A stretch of 64,000 nt of DNA from an uncultured Nitrososphaeraceae archaeon (GTDB lineage Archaea; Thermoproteota; Nitrososphaeria; Nitrososphaerales; Nitrososphaeraceae): contig CAVZZA010000001.1 in assembly GCA_963779615.1 (NCBI GenBank), positions 320,001 to 384,000 of the forward strand, in the 5' to 3' direction. Below are positions 41,328 through 53,592 of this stretch, one piece after another; positions within the stretch are counted from its first letter, which is position 1, and the number at the start of each line of letters is the position of its first letter. Under the pieces are notes generated by a model, which was not told the origin of the DNA, ran no database searches, and saw only the letters and a program-made list of their open reading frames with translations. The translations under genes and the position numbers were made by a program.

Positions 41328-42443
41328 TTATTTTGGTTTAACCAATACCTTTCCAACCATCCAAGGATGAAATAAACAACTATATTCATAAAGGCCAGGT
41401 TTATTAAAAACTAGCGTAAAAAAATTACTGAAAGGGTAATCAAAATTTTGTTTTTTATTTAATGCAAGTAAAGGTCCTGAATTAACAAATGTTTCATTAC
41501 CTTGAAAAACATATTTAGAATCTGTGCCTAAATTCAATACCTTTTCATCAACTGTAATAGCGGTAGGATTCAAAGCTCTATAATTTAATAACATTACAAT
41601 CTGAGTTCCACTGGTTGTTTCAACCCATGGCTCACCTAGATTATCCATTACCGGTGTAAATGTAGTACCATGAGATACGTAAAAAGGGAGACTTATTTTT
41701 TCTATGTGATTTAATCCCTGAATAAATGTAACAGTATGAGGAAGAGGAACTTTTATTCCGTTATGCCATGTGATGCTATCACCCTGCGTAATCTCAATAT
41801 ATGAGGGATAATATTGATTATAAGATACAGAAGAATTGCCTTGACCTACCTTAATAATAAAATTTTTAGAGTTTGCAGAGGCAGCAGAACTGTTACCTTG
41901 GTTCAATAAACCAGTGGAGTTTGCAGGCGCAGCAGAGGCAGCAGAACTGTTACCTTGGTTCAATAAACCAGTGGAGTTTGCAGGCGCAGCAGAGGCAGCA
42001 GAACTGTTACCTTGGTTCAATAAACCAGTGGAGTTTGCAGGCGCAGCAGAGGCAGCAGAACTGTTACCTTGGTTCAATAAACCAGTGGAGTTTGCAGGCG
42101 CAGCAGAGGCAGCAGAACTGTTACTTGGGTATATCAAACCAGTGGAGTTTGCAGGCGCAGCAGAGGCAGCAGAACTGTTACTTGGGTATATCAAACCAGT
42201 GGAGTTTGCAGGCGCAGCAGAGGCAGCAGAACTGTTACCTTGGTTCAATAAACCAGTGGAGTTTGCAGGCGCAGCAGAGGCAGCAGAACTGTTACTTGGG
42301 TATATCAAACCAGTGGAGTTTGCAGGCGCAGACCCAAAAGATGGATTAATAGTTCCGTTTATGCAAGGTAAAAGAAAATTATAACAACCTAATGCAATTA
42401 CATTAAAGATAAGTAATATAATAAATGTTCTTAACAATATCAC
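41328..42443 (-). CDS. Secreted blue-copper (cupredoxin) protein with repeat stalk
   Basis: Signal peptide, 8 repeats of 19 aa, type-1 Cu ligands PHTVTF and YSCLFHPWM. Confidence 0.88.
   Translation of the reverse strand: MILLRTFIILLIFNVIALGCYNFLLPCINGTINPSFGSAPANSTGLIYPSNSSAASAAPANSTGLLNQGNSSAASAAPANSTGLIYPSNSSAASAAPANSTGLIYPSNSSAASAAPANSTGLLNQGNSSAASAAPANSTGLLNQGNSSAASAAPANSTGLLNQGNSSAASAAPANSTGLLNQGNSSAASANSKNFIIKVGQGNSSVSYNQYYPSYIEITQGDSITWHNGIKVPLPHTVTFIQGLNHIEKISLPFYVSHGTTFTPVMDNLGEPWVETTSGTQIVMLLNYRALNPTAITVDEKVLNLGTDSKYVFQGNETFVNSGPLLALNKKQNFDYPFSNFFTLVFNKPGLYEYSCLFHPWMVGKVLVKPK
41870..42330 (-). repeat. 8 x 57-bp in-frame tandem repeat with two unit variants
   Basis: Unit encodes ANSTGL(LNQG/IYPS)NSSAASAAP. 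Order in protein: IYPS, LNQG, IYPS, IYPS, LNQG x4. Confidence 0.97.
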
Positions 42444-42590
42444 AGATTTTCAGTTAATTAAACAGATTAAAATAATATAATGGTTTTTGTATACGCATCA
42501 GTTATTATTAGACCACACAATATTATTATGAAACAGATTATGCATATTATATTTAAACACTTATGAAAAAGCAAGTTTACCGGTAATTAA

Positions 42591-42854
42591 TTAGATTTCT
42601 TCATTGAGTGGTTTTGATTCGATTAGATCTTGAATCTCCTCATTCATCTTTAAAAAACGAATGCCTTTTTCGGTAGTTCGGTATTTTCCACCATCTTGAA
42701 GTTCCAGCAAATTGTTCTCTAAAAGCATAGGCAAATATTCTTTGATTTGAGCATAGGATAAAAAGGCTTTATACATGATTTTTGTTTTGGATGCACTTCC
42801 GTTGGCTGCGTACAAAATATTTGATATTATTTCCGGCCTATTGCGATATTTCAT
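42591..42854 (-). CDS. Small winged-helix regulator (archaeal HTH_45 type)
   Basis: MKYRNRPEIISNIL...KTKIMYKAFLSYAQIKEYL...YRTTEKG. Confidence 0.9.
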   Translation of the reverse strand: MKYRNRPEIISNILYAANGSASKTKIMYKAFLSYAQIKEYLPMLLENNLLELQDGGKYRTTEKGIRFLKMNEEIQDLIESKPLNEEI

Positions 42855-43017
42855 GTGTTGTTTATAGAAGAAAGTAATATATAACTTGTATTATATATTA
42901 TACTATAATAAAATAGCACTGTTTGATAACTTTTAAAGCTCATTTAAATTAATTTATAATACTCAATATGAGATAAACATGATAAGTTAATAATAGTTTT
43001 TAGTAATTATTTACCTA

Positions 43018-43995
43018 TTGTCACATGAAACAAATATAATTCATAATTCATCTTGCGGTAAATATGATGCAATAATTTTTGATATAGACGGAGTTTTAAT
43101 TGATGTGGTTAACTCGTATAACCAGACAATAGAGAAAACAATACAACATGTTTTGAGTAATAATTTTAATACAAGCCCAGTTAAATTACCAGTAGACAAA
43201 CTAATTGATAAATTTAGATTTACTGGAGGGTTCAATAACGATATTGATACAGCATATTCAATAATTTTAATAACTTTATATTGTAAATCAATTAATAAAA
43301 ATGACATAAACGAAATTTTTATTTTTACTACCGACCTGTTAGAAAAAATAAATGATAAAGGAATATTTTCTGTTGAAAAGGAACTTGAGAAATTTGGAAA
43401 TATCAAAGACATCAAAACCAAATTAGGATATCCTAAAGATGACAACATCATTTCGTCGGTTTTTAATGAGATATTCTATGGCCCTGATCTTTTCAAAAGG
43501 CAGTTTAAGAAAAATCCATCACATTATTTGGATAAGCCATTTATAAATAACGATAAGATAATAATTAAAGAAAAAACAATACAAGATCTTTCAAAAGTAT
43601 TTAATGGAAAACTAATCTTAATGTCAGGTAGAAGTAAAGTAGCAGCGGAATTTACCCTAAATGAGCTTTTTGATTACTTTATAAAAGACGCCTGTATTTT
43701 TTTAGAAGACGAAAAAAGAGAATTTGCAAAACCGAATACCTACGGGATACATAGAATTTTTAATAAACTAAATTTAAAAAATGCCATTTATGTTGGAGAT
43801 TCCATAGAAGACCTTTTGATGATTGAAAAATTCAGGTATGAAACAGACAATACAAAAATTTTTTTTTGCGGAATATGCGGGACAAATACAAGTTCACCAG
43901 AGGGTTTAAGGAGGTTGTTTGAATTAAAAGGGGCTGACATTATTGTTGAAAATGTAAATAATTTACCACACATATTAAATAATACAAAAAAATAA
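43018..43995 (+). CDS. HAD hydrolase, probable histidinol-phosphate phosphatase
   Basis: FDIDGVL, GGFNND, SGR, KP, VGDSIED. Directly upstream of hisB. Confidence 0.75.
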   Translation: MSHETNIIHNSSCGKYDAIIFDIDGVLIDVVNSYNQTIEKTIQHVLSNNFNTSPVKLPVDKLIDKFRFTGGFNNDIDTAYSIILITLYCKSINKNDINEIFIFTTDLLEKINDKGIFSVEKELEKFGNIKDIKTKLGYPKDDNIISSVFNEIFYGPDLFKRQFKKNPSHYLDKPFINNDKIIIKEKTIQDLSKVFNGKLILMSGRSKVAAEFTLNELFDYFIKDACIFLEDEKREFAKPNTYGIHRIFNKLNLKNAIYVGDSIEDLLMIEKFRYETDNTKIFFCGICGTNTSSPEGLRRLFELKGADIIVENVNNLPHILNNTKK

Positions 43996-44004
43996 AATCT
44001 TGTA

Positions 44005-44604
44005 TTGGTTAAAGAGGATAGGGAACGTGTAACCCATCTTGAAAGGAGAACAAAAGAGGTATCTATAGGCATAGAGATCAATCTTGATGGGACTGGAGCA
44101 TCGGACATAAAAACAAACATACCATTTTTAGATCACATCATAAATTCATTTGCAAGATATAGCAAAATTGACATTAATTTGACAGCAACTAGTGAAGACC
44201 ATATAAAGCATCACTTAATCGAAGATGTAGGCATAGTTTTAGGTCAAGCTATAAACAGAGCACTTGGAGAAAGAGAAAAAATATCTCGTTTCGGTTATTC
44301 ACTGATTCCAATGGATGAATCTATTTCAAAAGTCGCAGTTGATTTGATAAAACGGCCATATTCTCACATAGACCTAAAATTAGAAAGAGAGATGATTGAA
44401 AATATCTCAAAGGAAGATATAATGCATTTTATTCAATCATTTGTATCAAACTTAAACTGTTGTACACATATCATTGTGGAGTACGGAACAAATGATCATC
44501 ATAAAATAGAGGCTACAATGAAAGCATTTGCAATAGCATTAAAAACAGCCATGAAATTTGATCCCATTAATGAAGAAAAGCCTTCCACCAAAGGAATGAT
44601 GTAG
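44005..44604 (+). CDS. hisB: Imidazoleglycerol-phosphate dehydratase
   Basis: RRTKE, FLDH, HHLIEDVG, PMDE, NDHHKIEA, PSTKG. Confidence 0.97.
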   Translation: MVKEDRERVTHLERRTKEVSIGIEINLDGTGASDIKTNIPFLDHIINSFARYSKIDINLTATSEDHIKHHLIEDVGIVLGQAINRALGEREKISRFGYSLIPMDESISKVAVDLIKRPYSHIDLKLEREMIENISKEDIMHFIQSFVSNLNCCTHIIVEYGTNDHHKIEATMKAFAIALKTAMKFDPINEEKPSTKGMM

Positions 44605-44606
44605 AT

Positions 44607-45227
44607 ATGATTAGAATATCAATATTTGATTACGGGGCGGGAAATATTTTTAGTTTGGAATCATCACTAAAAAGAAATGGTGCAAAGGTCTCGATAATAA
44701 ATGACTTTAATGACGTAATTGAAGATTTTGACGGACTGGTTTTACCTGGAGTTGGGAATATTGATCCAGCATTAATATCAATAAATAAATGCAGAAAAAA
44801 GTTTTTAAATTGTATCGAAAAAAATATTCCCATATTGGGAATATGTTTAGGTATGGAAATGTTGTTTGAAAAAAGCGAGGAGGGAAATCTTGAGGGGCTG
44901 AAAATTATTAAAGGAGAAGTCCTATCCCTCCCAAAATCCATAATAAAAATTCCCCATATTGGATGGAATAACCTGGATATAGTCGATGGTAAGGGCAAAC
45001 TATTTGAAGGGGTGCCAAATAATTCATGGGTATACTTCGTTCATTCATACTACACAGTACCTGAAGATGCAAATGTAATAACAGCAAGGTCAAATTACGG
45101 AATATCAATTCCCGCATCCATTGAAAAAGATAACATTTTTTGTACGCAATTTCATCCAGAAAAGTCAAGTAAAATCGGAGAAAAAATGATAAAAAACTTT
45201 ATTAAAATCTGCGCGGGTTCAAAATGA
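44607..45227 (+). CDS. hisH: IGP synthase glutaminase subunit
   Basis: DYGAGN, LPGVG, GICLGM, YFVHSY, QFHPEKS. Confidence 0.97.
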   Translation: MIRISIFDYGAGNIFSLESSLKRNGAKVSIINDFNDVIEDFDGLVLPGVGNIDPALISINKCRKKFLNCIEKNIPILGICLGMEMLFEKSEEGNLEGLKIIKGEVLSLPKSIIKIPHIGWNNLDIVDGKGKLFEGVPNNSWVYFVHSYYTVPEDANVITARSNYGISIPASIEKDNIFCTQFHPEKSSKIGEKMIKNFIKICAGSK

Positions 45228-45940
45228 AAAGTATTGCTGCAATTGATCTAATAGATAATCAAGTAGTAAGACTGGTTAATGGCAAATTAGAAAACAAAAC
45301 AGTATATAGTAATGACCCTATAGAAACTGCAAAAAAATGGGAATCTGAAGGGGCTGATGGTCTTCACATAGTGGACCTCGACGCAGCTTTGAATACCGGA
45401 AAAAATAATACCGAACTAATCTTAAAAATTGTAGATTTAGTGAATATCCCAATCCAAATTGCAGGAGGAATCAGAACATTAAATAATGTAAATAAACTCT
45501 TGGAGAAAAAGCAATCTCTAAAGGTTGTTTTGGGGACAATGGCATTTAAAGATCCAGAATCCATAAAAAAAATAACCAAGAAAAAATTAGATCGCATAAT
45601 AATTGCAGTTGATCATGATAATGAAAATATAATGATATCAGGATGGAAGGAATTTTCAGGGATGAAACTTTTTAACGCAATTAAATTATTTAACGAATTT
45701 GGTATTAATAATTTCTTATTAACAAATATAAACAAAGATGGTACTCTCGAAGGACCAGATATAAACACACTTGTTAGGTTAAATGATATTTTTAAGGATA
45801 TCAAAATAATATCAAGCGGCGGAATAAGCAACATAACAGACATAATAAAATTAAGAAATACCAATTGTTATGCAGTAATACTTGGAAAAGCACTGTATGA
45901 TGAAAAACTAACACTAAACCAAGTACAAAAAGTGATTTGA
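45224..45940 (+). CDS. hisA: ProFAR isomerase
   Basis: AIDL...VVRL, LHIVDLD, AGGIR, DGTLEGP, SGGI, GKALY. Confidence 0.96.
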   Translation: MKSIAAIDLIDNQVVRLVNGKLENKTVYSNDPIETAKKWESEGADGLHIVDLDAALNTGKNNTELILKIVDLVNIPIQIAGGIRTLNNVNKLLEKKQSLKVVLGTMAFKDPESIKKITKKKLDRIIIAVDHDNENIMISGWKEFSGMKLFNAIKLFNEFGINNFLLTNINKDGTLEGPDINTLVRLNDIFKDIKIISSGGISNITDIIKLRNTNCYAVILGKALYDEKLTLNQVQKVI

Positions 45941-45942
45941 TA

Positions 45943-46752
45943 ATGCCACTTGCAAAAAGAATTATCCCATGCCTTGACGTCAATAAAGGCAGAGTTGTAA
46001 AAGGCATTAATTTTAAAGAATTAAAAGATGCTGGAAATCCTGTCAAATTAGCAAAAAGATACAGCGAAGAAGGGGCTGATGAGCTGGTGTTTTTAGATAT
46101 TACCGCGGCAGAAGAACACAGGGAAATTATGAAAAACATCGTCAAAAATGTAGCAAGTGTCATAAATATTCCTTTTACAGTTGGAGGAGGAATAAAAAAA
46201 CTAGATGATGCTCGAAGTATCCTATTAAGTGGTGCGGATAGAGTTTCAATAAATACAGCAGCAGTAATAAAACCCATTTTAATTCAAGAATTAATGTCTA
46301 TTTTTGGCAGGCAATGCATAGTTGTTGCACTAGACGTTAAAAGAAATCATGGTAAAGGAGGCAAATACATTTTTTCCAAAGATGGAAAAAACTATTGGTT
46401 TGAAATAAAAACATTCGGTGGTAAAAAATCAACAGGAATAGACGCAATAGAATGGGCAAAAAAAGTAGAGGACCTTGGAGCAGGTGAAATACTATTAACT
46501 AGTATCGATACAGATGGTACAGAAAATGGTTATGATATTGAGTTGATTGACTCAATTTGTGATAAAATAAATATACCTGTGATTGCGTCAGGGGGTTGTG
46601 GCTCAAAGGAAGATATTTTAGAGTTATTCAAAAAAACACAGGTCGATGCAGCTTTAGCAGCTTCCTTATTCCATTTTAAAAAGGCAGGATTAAATGAAGT
46701 TAAAGAACATTTATCCAAAAATAACATATCGATTCGACCACAATGCATATAA
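45943..46752 (+). CDS. hisF: IGP synthase cyclase subunit
   Basis: [38 protein letters not shown]. Confidence 0.97.
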   Translation: MPLAKRIIPCLDVNKGRVVKGINFKELKDAGNPVKLAKRYSEEGADELVFLDITAAEEHREIMKNIVKNVASVINIPFTVGGGIKKLDDARSILLSGADRVSINTAAVIKPILIQELMSIFGRQCIVVALDVKRNHGKGGKYIFSKDGKNYWFEIKTFGGKKSTGIDAIEWAKKVEDLGAGEILLTSIDTDGTENGYDIELIDSICDKINIPVIASGGCGSKEDILELFKKTQVDAALAASLFHFKKAGLNEVKEHLSKNNISIRPQCI

Positions 46753-47127
46753 TATTTTACGGCATATAATAACAAAGAATAATTAATTTTATCAATTTTA
46801 TGAAATCATATGTTTTATTCCCCCGTGGCCCTTTTTTCAATTTGGCCAACAGTTTATCATGTATGGTTGCATCATCGAATTTATAAGTAAATACTTTTTT
46901 TTAGGATTAGGTTCTGTTCACTAAATGAAAATCTTTTCTTTTGGTACCTGAATAGTGTTTTAAGTAAAATGCAAGTTGATTTTGTATTGATCCAGATTAA
47001 TTTAACTAAATGGTGTTCAATGTTTGAATCAGAATAATTGGATAAATCAAATGAACAGGATATTTCATAACACAAATAAAAAAATGGCTAAAAGCATTAT
47101 TTAATTAAATTCTAATGAGAGTAAAAA

Positions 47128-47412
47128 CTAAATTGTTGTTATAATTTGAAAGTCTGAAAATTCATTTTCATATGGCTCATTTACAATTTCCATGTTTTTT
47201 ACTATTGCATTTTTTGGGCCATCATTACACCAATCCACCAGTTTATTTACTTCTACTTTTTCACCTTCAAAAACAGCCTCGACTCGCCCATCTTTTAAAT
47301 TTCTAATCCAACCTAAAACATTTAATTCCTGTGCTTTACCTACTGTGTTTTGTCTAAAATACACGCCTTGTACTTTTCCACTAATAAAAACATGTACTCT
47401 ACAATATTGCAT
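47128..47412 (-). CDS. acyP: Acylphosphatase
   Basis: GKVQGVYFR, GWIRNLKDGRVE. Confidence 0.96.
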   Translation of the reverse strand: MQYCRVHVFISGKVQGVYFRQNTVGKAQELNVLGWIRNLKDGRVEAVFEGEKVEVNKLVDWCNDGPKNAIVKNMEIVNEPYENEFSDFQIITTI

Positions 47413-47453
47413 TCAATTCACATCATCAATTACTTTTAAAATTATGAAAATCA

Positions 47454-48812
47454 TTATGATATTTGCCCTCCTTCTTCAATAAATAATTCTTCAAAAGAAG
47501 TACCTTTTCTAATTAATTTGAAATCATTATCAATTGTTTTCATCAAAACAGGAGGTTTTGTTTGACAATGAAATGGCATGTTAAAGACTAATGAATAAGC
47601 ACCTACATTATAGAACAAGACATAGTTCCCTACATATGCACAAGACAGGTCGGATATTTTAGATATTGGAAAAACATCAAGTGTATCGCATAATCTTCCC
47701 GCCAGACTAACATTCTTTACAGAAGGATGTTTCTTTACAGCATTAATGTTCACTTCATAGGCATAATTTTCACAAGGTATTACTTCTTGTGGATATTCTT
47801 GTTTGAGTAGGGCAGCGTCAAGTAAAAGATGATATCCTGTATCTAAAATAATTATTCTATGATCATTGTATTCTTTTATATTTACAATTTTAGATACCAT
47901 TACAGAAGATTCCGCAACAAGGAACCGCCCGCTCTCGATCATTAATGTGAAATTACCATGATCAGATACCAGGTTGTTTAGCTTTTCTACATATATTGAT
48001 GCCATTTCATCAGGAGTTGGAACAGGATCATTATAAAAAACTGGTGTTCCCCCGCCAATGTCTAAAATAGCGATAGAAAAATTATTAACTTCTTTTTTTA
48101 ATTTGTTTATAAGCGAATTAAGTCTCTCTAAAGCATTCACATAACATATAAAATTAGTTATTTGAGAACCAAGGTGAAAATGAAATCCTTCAAAGTTTAA
48201 TAAAGGATCATTAAATATGGCTTTAACAATAAAATACGCTGAATCGGTTTTTCCGCCATTAAAAGGCACGCCAAATTTCCCATTTTTGTAGGATGCTCGA
48301 ACTTCGGCCTTAACGCTCACTTCTGGATTAATACGCACCATTATTTTAGGTCGAATATTTACGATACGAACAGCTTTTGACAAATTAACAAACCCATAAT
48401 AAGAACTTACGACGATCCTTTTGACTCCGTTTTTTAACACTTCCACATATTCATCTAGTTCCTCCGTAACACTTGTATATACTATATTTTCGGGATCGCA
48501 TTTCAGTCGATTTATGAAATACAATTCTCCTATAGAAGTAAGATCAAAGGTTATGCCATCTTTCATAAAGGTTTTTAGGACGGATGGATTAAAATTAGCC
48601 TTAATAGAATAGGCAATTTTTACATCGCCTTGAAAGTTTTTATAAGCATGATGAAGCTCTAATACCTTGTCATGTAAAGTTTTTTCATCTACAACATATA
48701 AAGGTGTACCATATCTTTCTGCCAAAATATTGATTTCCTTATTTGACGCAAAACGCTTTGTTTTAGATAACGTTACTTTATTTTGAAATACCTGTAATAC
48801 ATTTTCTACCAT
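47454..48812 (-). CDS. lysA: Diaminopimelate decarboxylase-like PLP enzyme
   Basis: YGTPLYV, YSIKAN, KFG, HFHLGSQ, DIGGG, ESGR, GRLCDTLD, GAY. Confidence 0.8.
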   Translation of the reverse strand: MVENVLQVFQNKVTLSKTKRFASNKEINILAERYGTPLYVVDEKTLHDKVLELHHAYKNFQGDVKIAYSIKANFNPSVLKTFMKDGITFDLTSIGELYFINRLKCDPENIVYTSVTEELDEYVEVLKNGVKRIVVSSYYGFVNLSKAVRIVNIRPKIMVRINPEVSVKAEVRASYKNGKFGVPFNGGKTDSAYFIVKAIFNDPLLNFEGFHFHLGSQITNFICYVNALERLNSLINKLKKEVNNFSIAILDIGGGTPVFYNDPVPTPDEMASIYVEKLNNLVSDHGNFTLMIESGRFLVAESSVMVSKIVNIKEYNDHRIIILDTGYHLLLDAALLKQEYPQEVIPCENYAYEVNINAVKKHPSVKNVSLAGRLCDTLDVFPISKISDLSCAYVGNYVLFYNVGAYSLVFNMPFHCQTKPPVLMKTIDNDFKLIRKGTSFEELFIEEGGQIS

Positions 48813-48970
48813 TCTTTTTGTGAAATTTATTCAAAGAGATTATACTTAAAAACATTGCCCTTTAAAATTATTTCATTTTGTTGGATTTATTAAATAATTT
48901 ATAAAATTTGTGATTAAACTAATATAAATAAAGTCACTTCTAAAGATTTTAATAAAAAAAAATAAAAAAA

Positions 48971-51197
<2,227 letters not shown>

Positions 51198-51342
51198 TCA
51201 AATAGTGAAATAACTTTAAACTCCAAGAAATTTGCATGATCACAATAACAAACAAGAAAAAATTACAGTCGGTTTATCGCAACCCCTATAAAAAGAGAAT
51301 AAATTTAAAAGCGGGTCTTATAGAATTAATGTTTAGATTTAA

Positions 51343-52074
51343 TTGGGTAAAAGGACACTAGTACGAAGAAGAGGAAAAGCGGGAAAGCAGTTTAGAGCAA
51401 TAATAGTTGGAAAAATAGCGCCCACCAAGTATCCTAATTTTAGCATTAATGAACTTCATTCTGGAGTTGTAATGGATATAATACATGAGCGTGGAAGGGA
51501 TGCGCCGGTGGCTAAAATTAAATTTGACAATGGCCTATATTCATATGTTCCAGCACCAGAGGGTACAGTAGTTGGAAGCAAGGTAGAAGTTGGTAATGGT
51601 GCAAATCCTTCGTCTAAAAACATTCTAGATTTAGAATCAATTCCAGATGGAACACTCATTTGCAATATAGAAAAAAATATTGGAGATGGTGGAAGGCTTA
51701 TCAAGGCGGCAGGTTCATCAGCAATAGTTTTTTCACATTCAATAGACAGTGTAAAGGTAAAGTTCCCATCAGGCACTATATTAAACATGAATCCAAAGTG
51801 CCGTGCGATGATTGGAGTTATCTCGGGCGGTGGAAAAAAAGAGAAACCATTCCTCAAAGCTGGAAATAAGGCAAAGTATATGCAATCAAGGGGGAGACTA
51901 TATCCCATAGTAAGAGGAATTGCCCAAGCCGCAGTTTATCATCCCCATGGAGGAGGAAGACACCAACATATTGGTCATCCATCATCCGTGGCAAGAAATA
52001 CTCCCCCTGGAGCAAAAGTAGGCAATATTGCACCAAGAAAAACAGGCAGGGCCAGATTAAAAAAGAGACAGTAA
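51343..52074 (+). CDS. rpl2: 50S ribosomal protein L2
   Basis: MGKR, IHERGRDAP, HPHGGGRHQH, PPGAKVGNIAPRKTGR. Confidence 0.98.
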   Translation: MGKRTLVRRRGKAGKQFRAIIVGKIAPTKYPNFSINELHSGVVMDIIHERGRDAPVAKIKFDNGLYSYVPAPEGTVVGSKVEVGNGANPSSKNILDLESIPDGTLICNIEKNIGDGGRLIKAAGSSAIVFSHSIDSVKVKFPSGTILNMNPKCRAMIGVISGGGKKEKPFLKAGNKAKYMQSRGRLYPIVRGIAQAAVYHPHGGGRHQHIGHPSSVARNTPPGAKVGNIAPRKTGRARLKKRQ

Positions 52075-52106
52075 AACAGACAATTTTTTTACTTTTTTTA
52101 ACGCGA

Positions 52107-52769
52107 ATGACAGACTTAGTAGAGGTTCTGGAGGTTATGGAACAGACATTAAAGAATAATAAGTTTTTAAGATCAACTGCTTTAGATCAACTGCAAAAGC
52201 ATGAGGAAGGCAATCCCTTTAAGGTATTAATTGGAACCATTCTTTCTTCAAGAACAAGGGATGAACACACCACTAAAGCACTAATAAAATTATTTACAAA
52301 ATACAAAGGATCGCGAGAAATTGCAGATGCAGATATAGCAGATATCAAAGAAATGATATCATCAGTAGGTTTCCATAACACAAAAGCAAAAAGAATAAAA
52401 GAAGTTTCAGACATAATAAACAAGCAATATTACGGCAAAACACCAAACAATACTGAAGATTTATTAGAATTACCCGGTGTTGGAAGAAAGACCGCTAATT
52501 GTGTCCTAGTTTATGGATTTAACATTCCTGCCATTCCGGTTGATACCCATGTACATAGAATTTGCAATAGATTAGGAATAGTCAAAACAAAAGATCCATG
52601 CAATACTGAAGAAGAGTTGTCAAAGATACTGGATCAAAAACACTGGATCAAATTGAATTCCACAATCGTAAGATATGGACAAAATATTTGTCTTCCAATA
52701 AAACCACAATGTAGTCGCTGTAAATTAAAAGAAAACTGTAACTACTATAAAGAAAAAACTAGCAAATAA
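52107..52769 (+). CDS. nth: Endonuclease III
   Basis: LPGVGRKTAN, PVDTHV, CLPIKPQCSRC...C Fe-S motif. Confidence 0.96.
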   Translation: MTDLVEVLEVMEQTLKNNKFLRSTALDQLQKHEEGNPFKVLIGTILSSRTRDEHTTKALIKLFTKYKGSREIADADIADIKEMISSVGFHNTKAKRIKEVSDIINKQYYGKTPNNTEDLLELPGVGRKTANCVLVYGFNIPAIPVDTHVHRICNRLGIVKTKDPCNTEEELSKILDQKHWIKLNSTIVRYGQNICLPIKPQCSRCKLKENCNYYKEKTSK

Positions 52770-52799
52770 TAGTTTAAAGCAGTTTAGAAAATAACATGT

Positions 52800-53591
52800 T
52801 TATTTTGAGCGCCTTTTTTTGAACACCAATAAAAATAGTAGCAGCCCTCCAACACCTACTATCATTACCAATGGTAAATAATATAAAGGAGATTCAGAAG
52901 GGTTTCCAAAGAAAACCTCAAATTCAATAGATCCACTCAACGCGCTAGCTGGTAATTTGGCCTCGTCTTTCCCATAAACCTTGATAGAGCCAATATTGAA
53001 TCCATCCAATGACAATTTATCAATAATAGTTCTTTTACCATCGGCAACAGACAATCCCTGAACAATTGCATGTGTTAAAACAATAGGATTACCCGCAGAC
53101 CAGCCATTCATGTTATTTTGGTATAACTTCAGGTATCCAGTATCGTTAGTATTTACAGCTACATAGAATTTTCTGGACTTGTCCCCAAACATTGCTATTT
53201 CAATAAATTTTTCACTTGGATAGGGTTCTTTGATTTGTATAACGGTTTTTGCCTCAGGATTATCAGAATAGAATATCTTATTAGCAATTGTTAATATCCA
53301 ATTATTTAGTATAGGCTCTTTAAATACATATTCCAATGAATTTTGCCGTGCGAGGTTAGAAGCATTATAAGGCAAGGTAAATCGCTCATTGTTGTTTTTT
53401 TTCAATACCTGATATTTTTGAGAATCATTTGATTGGGAGAAAGTCAAACTTGGATAGAATATAACACTAAGTGTCAAAAACAAAAATAGCAGGAAAAGGC
53501 AGGAAAAGGTGCTTTGTCTACAATTAAACAACTTAATATTTCTTTTTAAAACAGTCATATATTTGTAAAAATCATTCACATAATATAACAC
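52800..53591 (-). CDS. Hypothetical surface protein with N- and C-terminal TM segments
   Basis: Signal-like N-terminus, C-terminal TM followed by KKRRSK. Confidence 0.7.
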   Translation of the reverse strand: MLYYVNDFYKYMTVLKRNIKLFNCRQSTFSCLFLLFLFLTLSVIFYPSLTFSQSNDSQKYQVLKKNNNERFTLPYNASNLARQNSLEYVFKEPILNNWILTIANKIFYSDNPEAKTVIQIKEPYPSEKFIEIAMFGDKSRKFYVAVNTNDTGYLKLYQNNMNGWSAGNPIVLTHAIVQGLSVADGKRTIIDKLSLDGFNIGSIKVYGKDEAKLPASALSGSIEFEVFFGNPSESPLYYLPLVMIVGVGGLLLFLLVFKKRRSK

Positions 53592-53592
53592 A

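Noticed and set aside
41870-42330. Possible CRISPR array
   Set aside because: No unique spacers. The 57-bp units are contiguous, in frame within a gene, and there are no cas genes nearby.
41873-42384. Plus-strand repeat ORFs (158 and 156 aa)
   Set aside because: Shadow frames kept open by the tandem repeat. The minus strand has the signal peptide and Cu ligands.
46881-47075. 64-aa minus-strand ORF
   Set aside because: AT-rich with no family signal. Unsupported as a gene.
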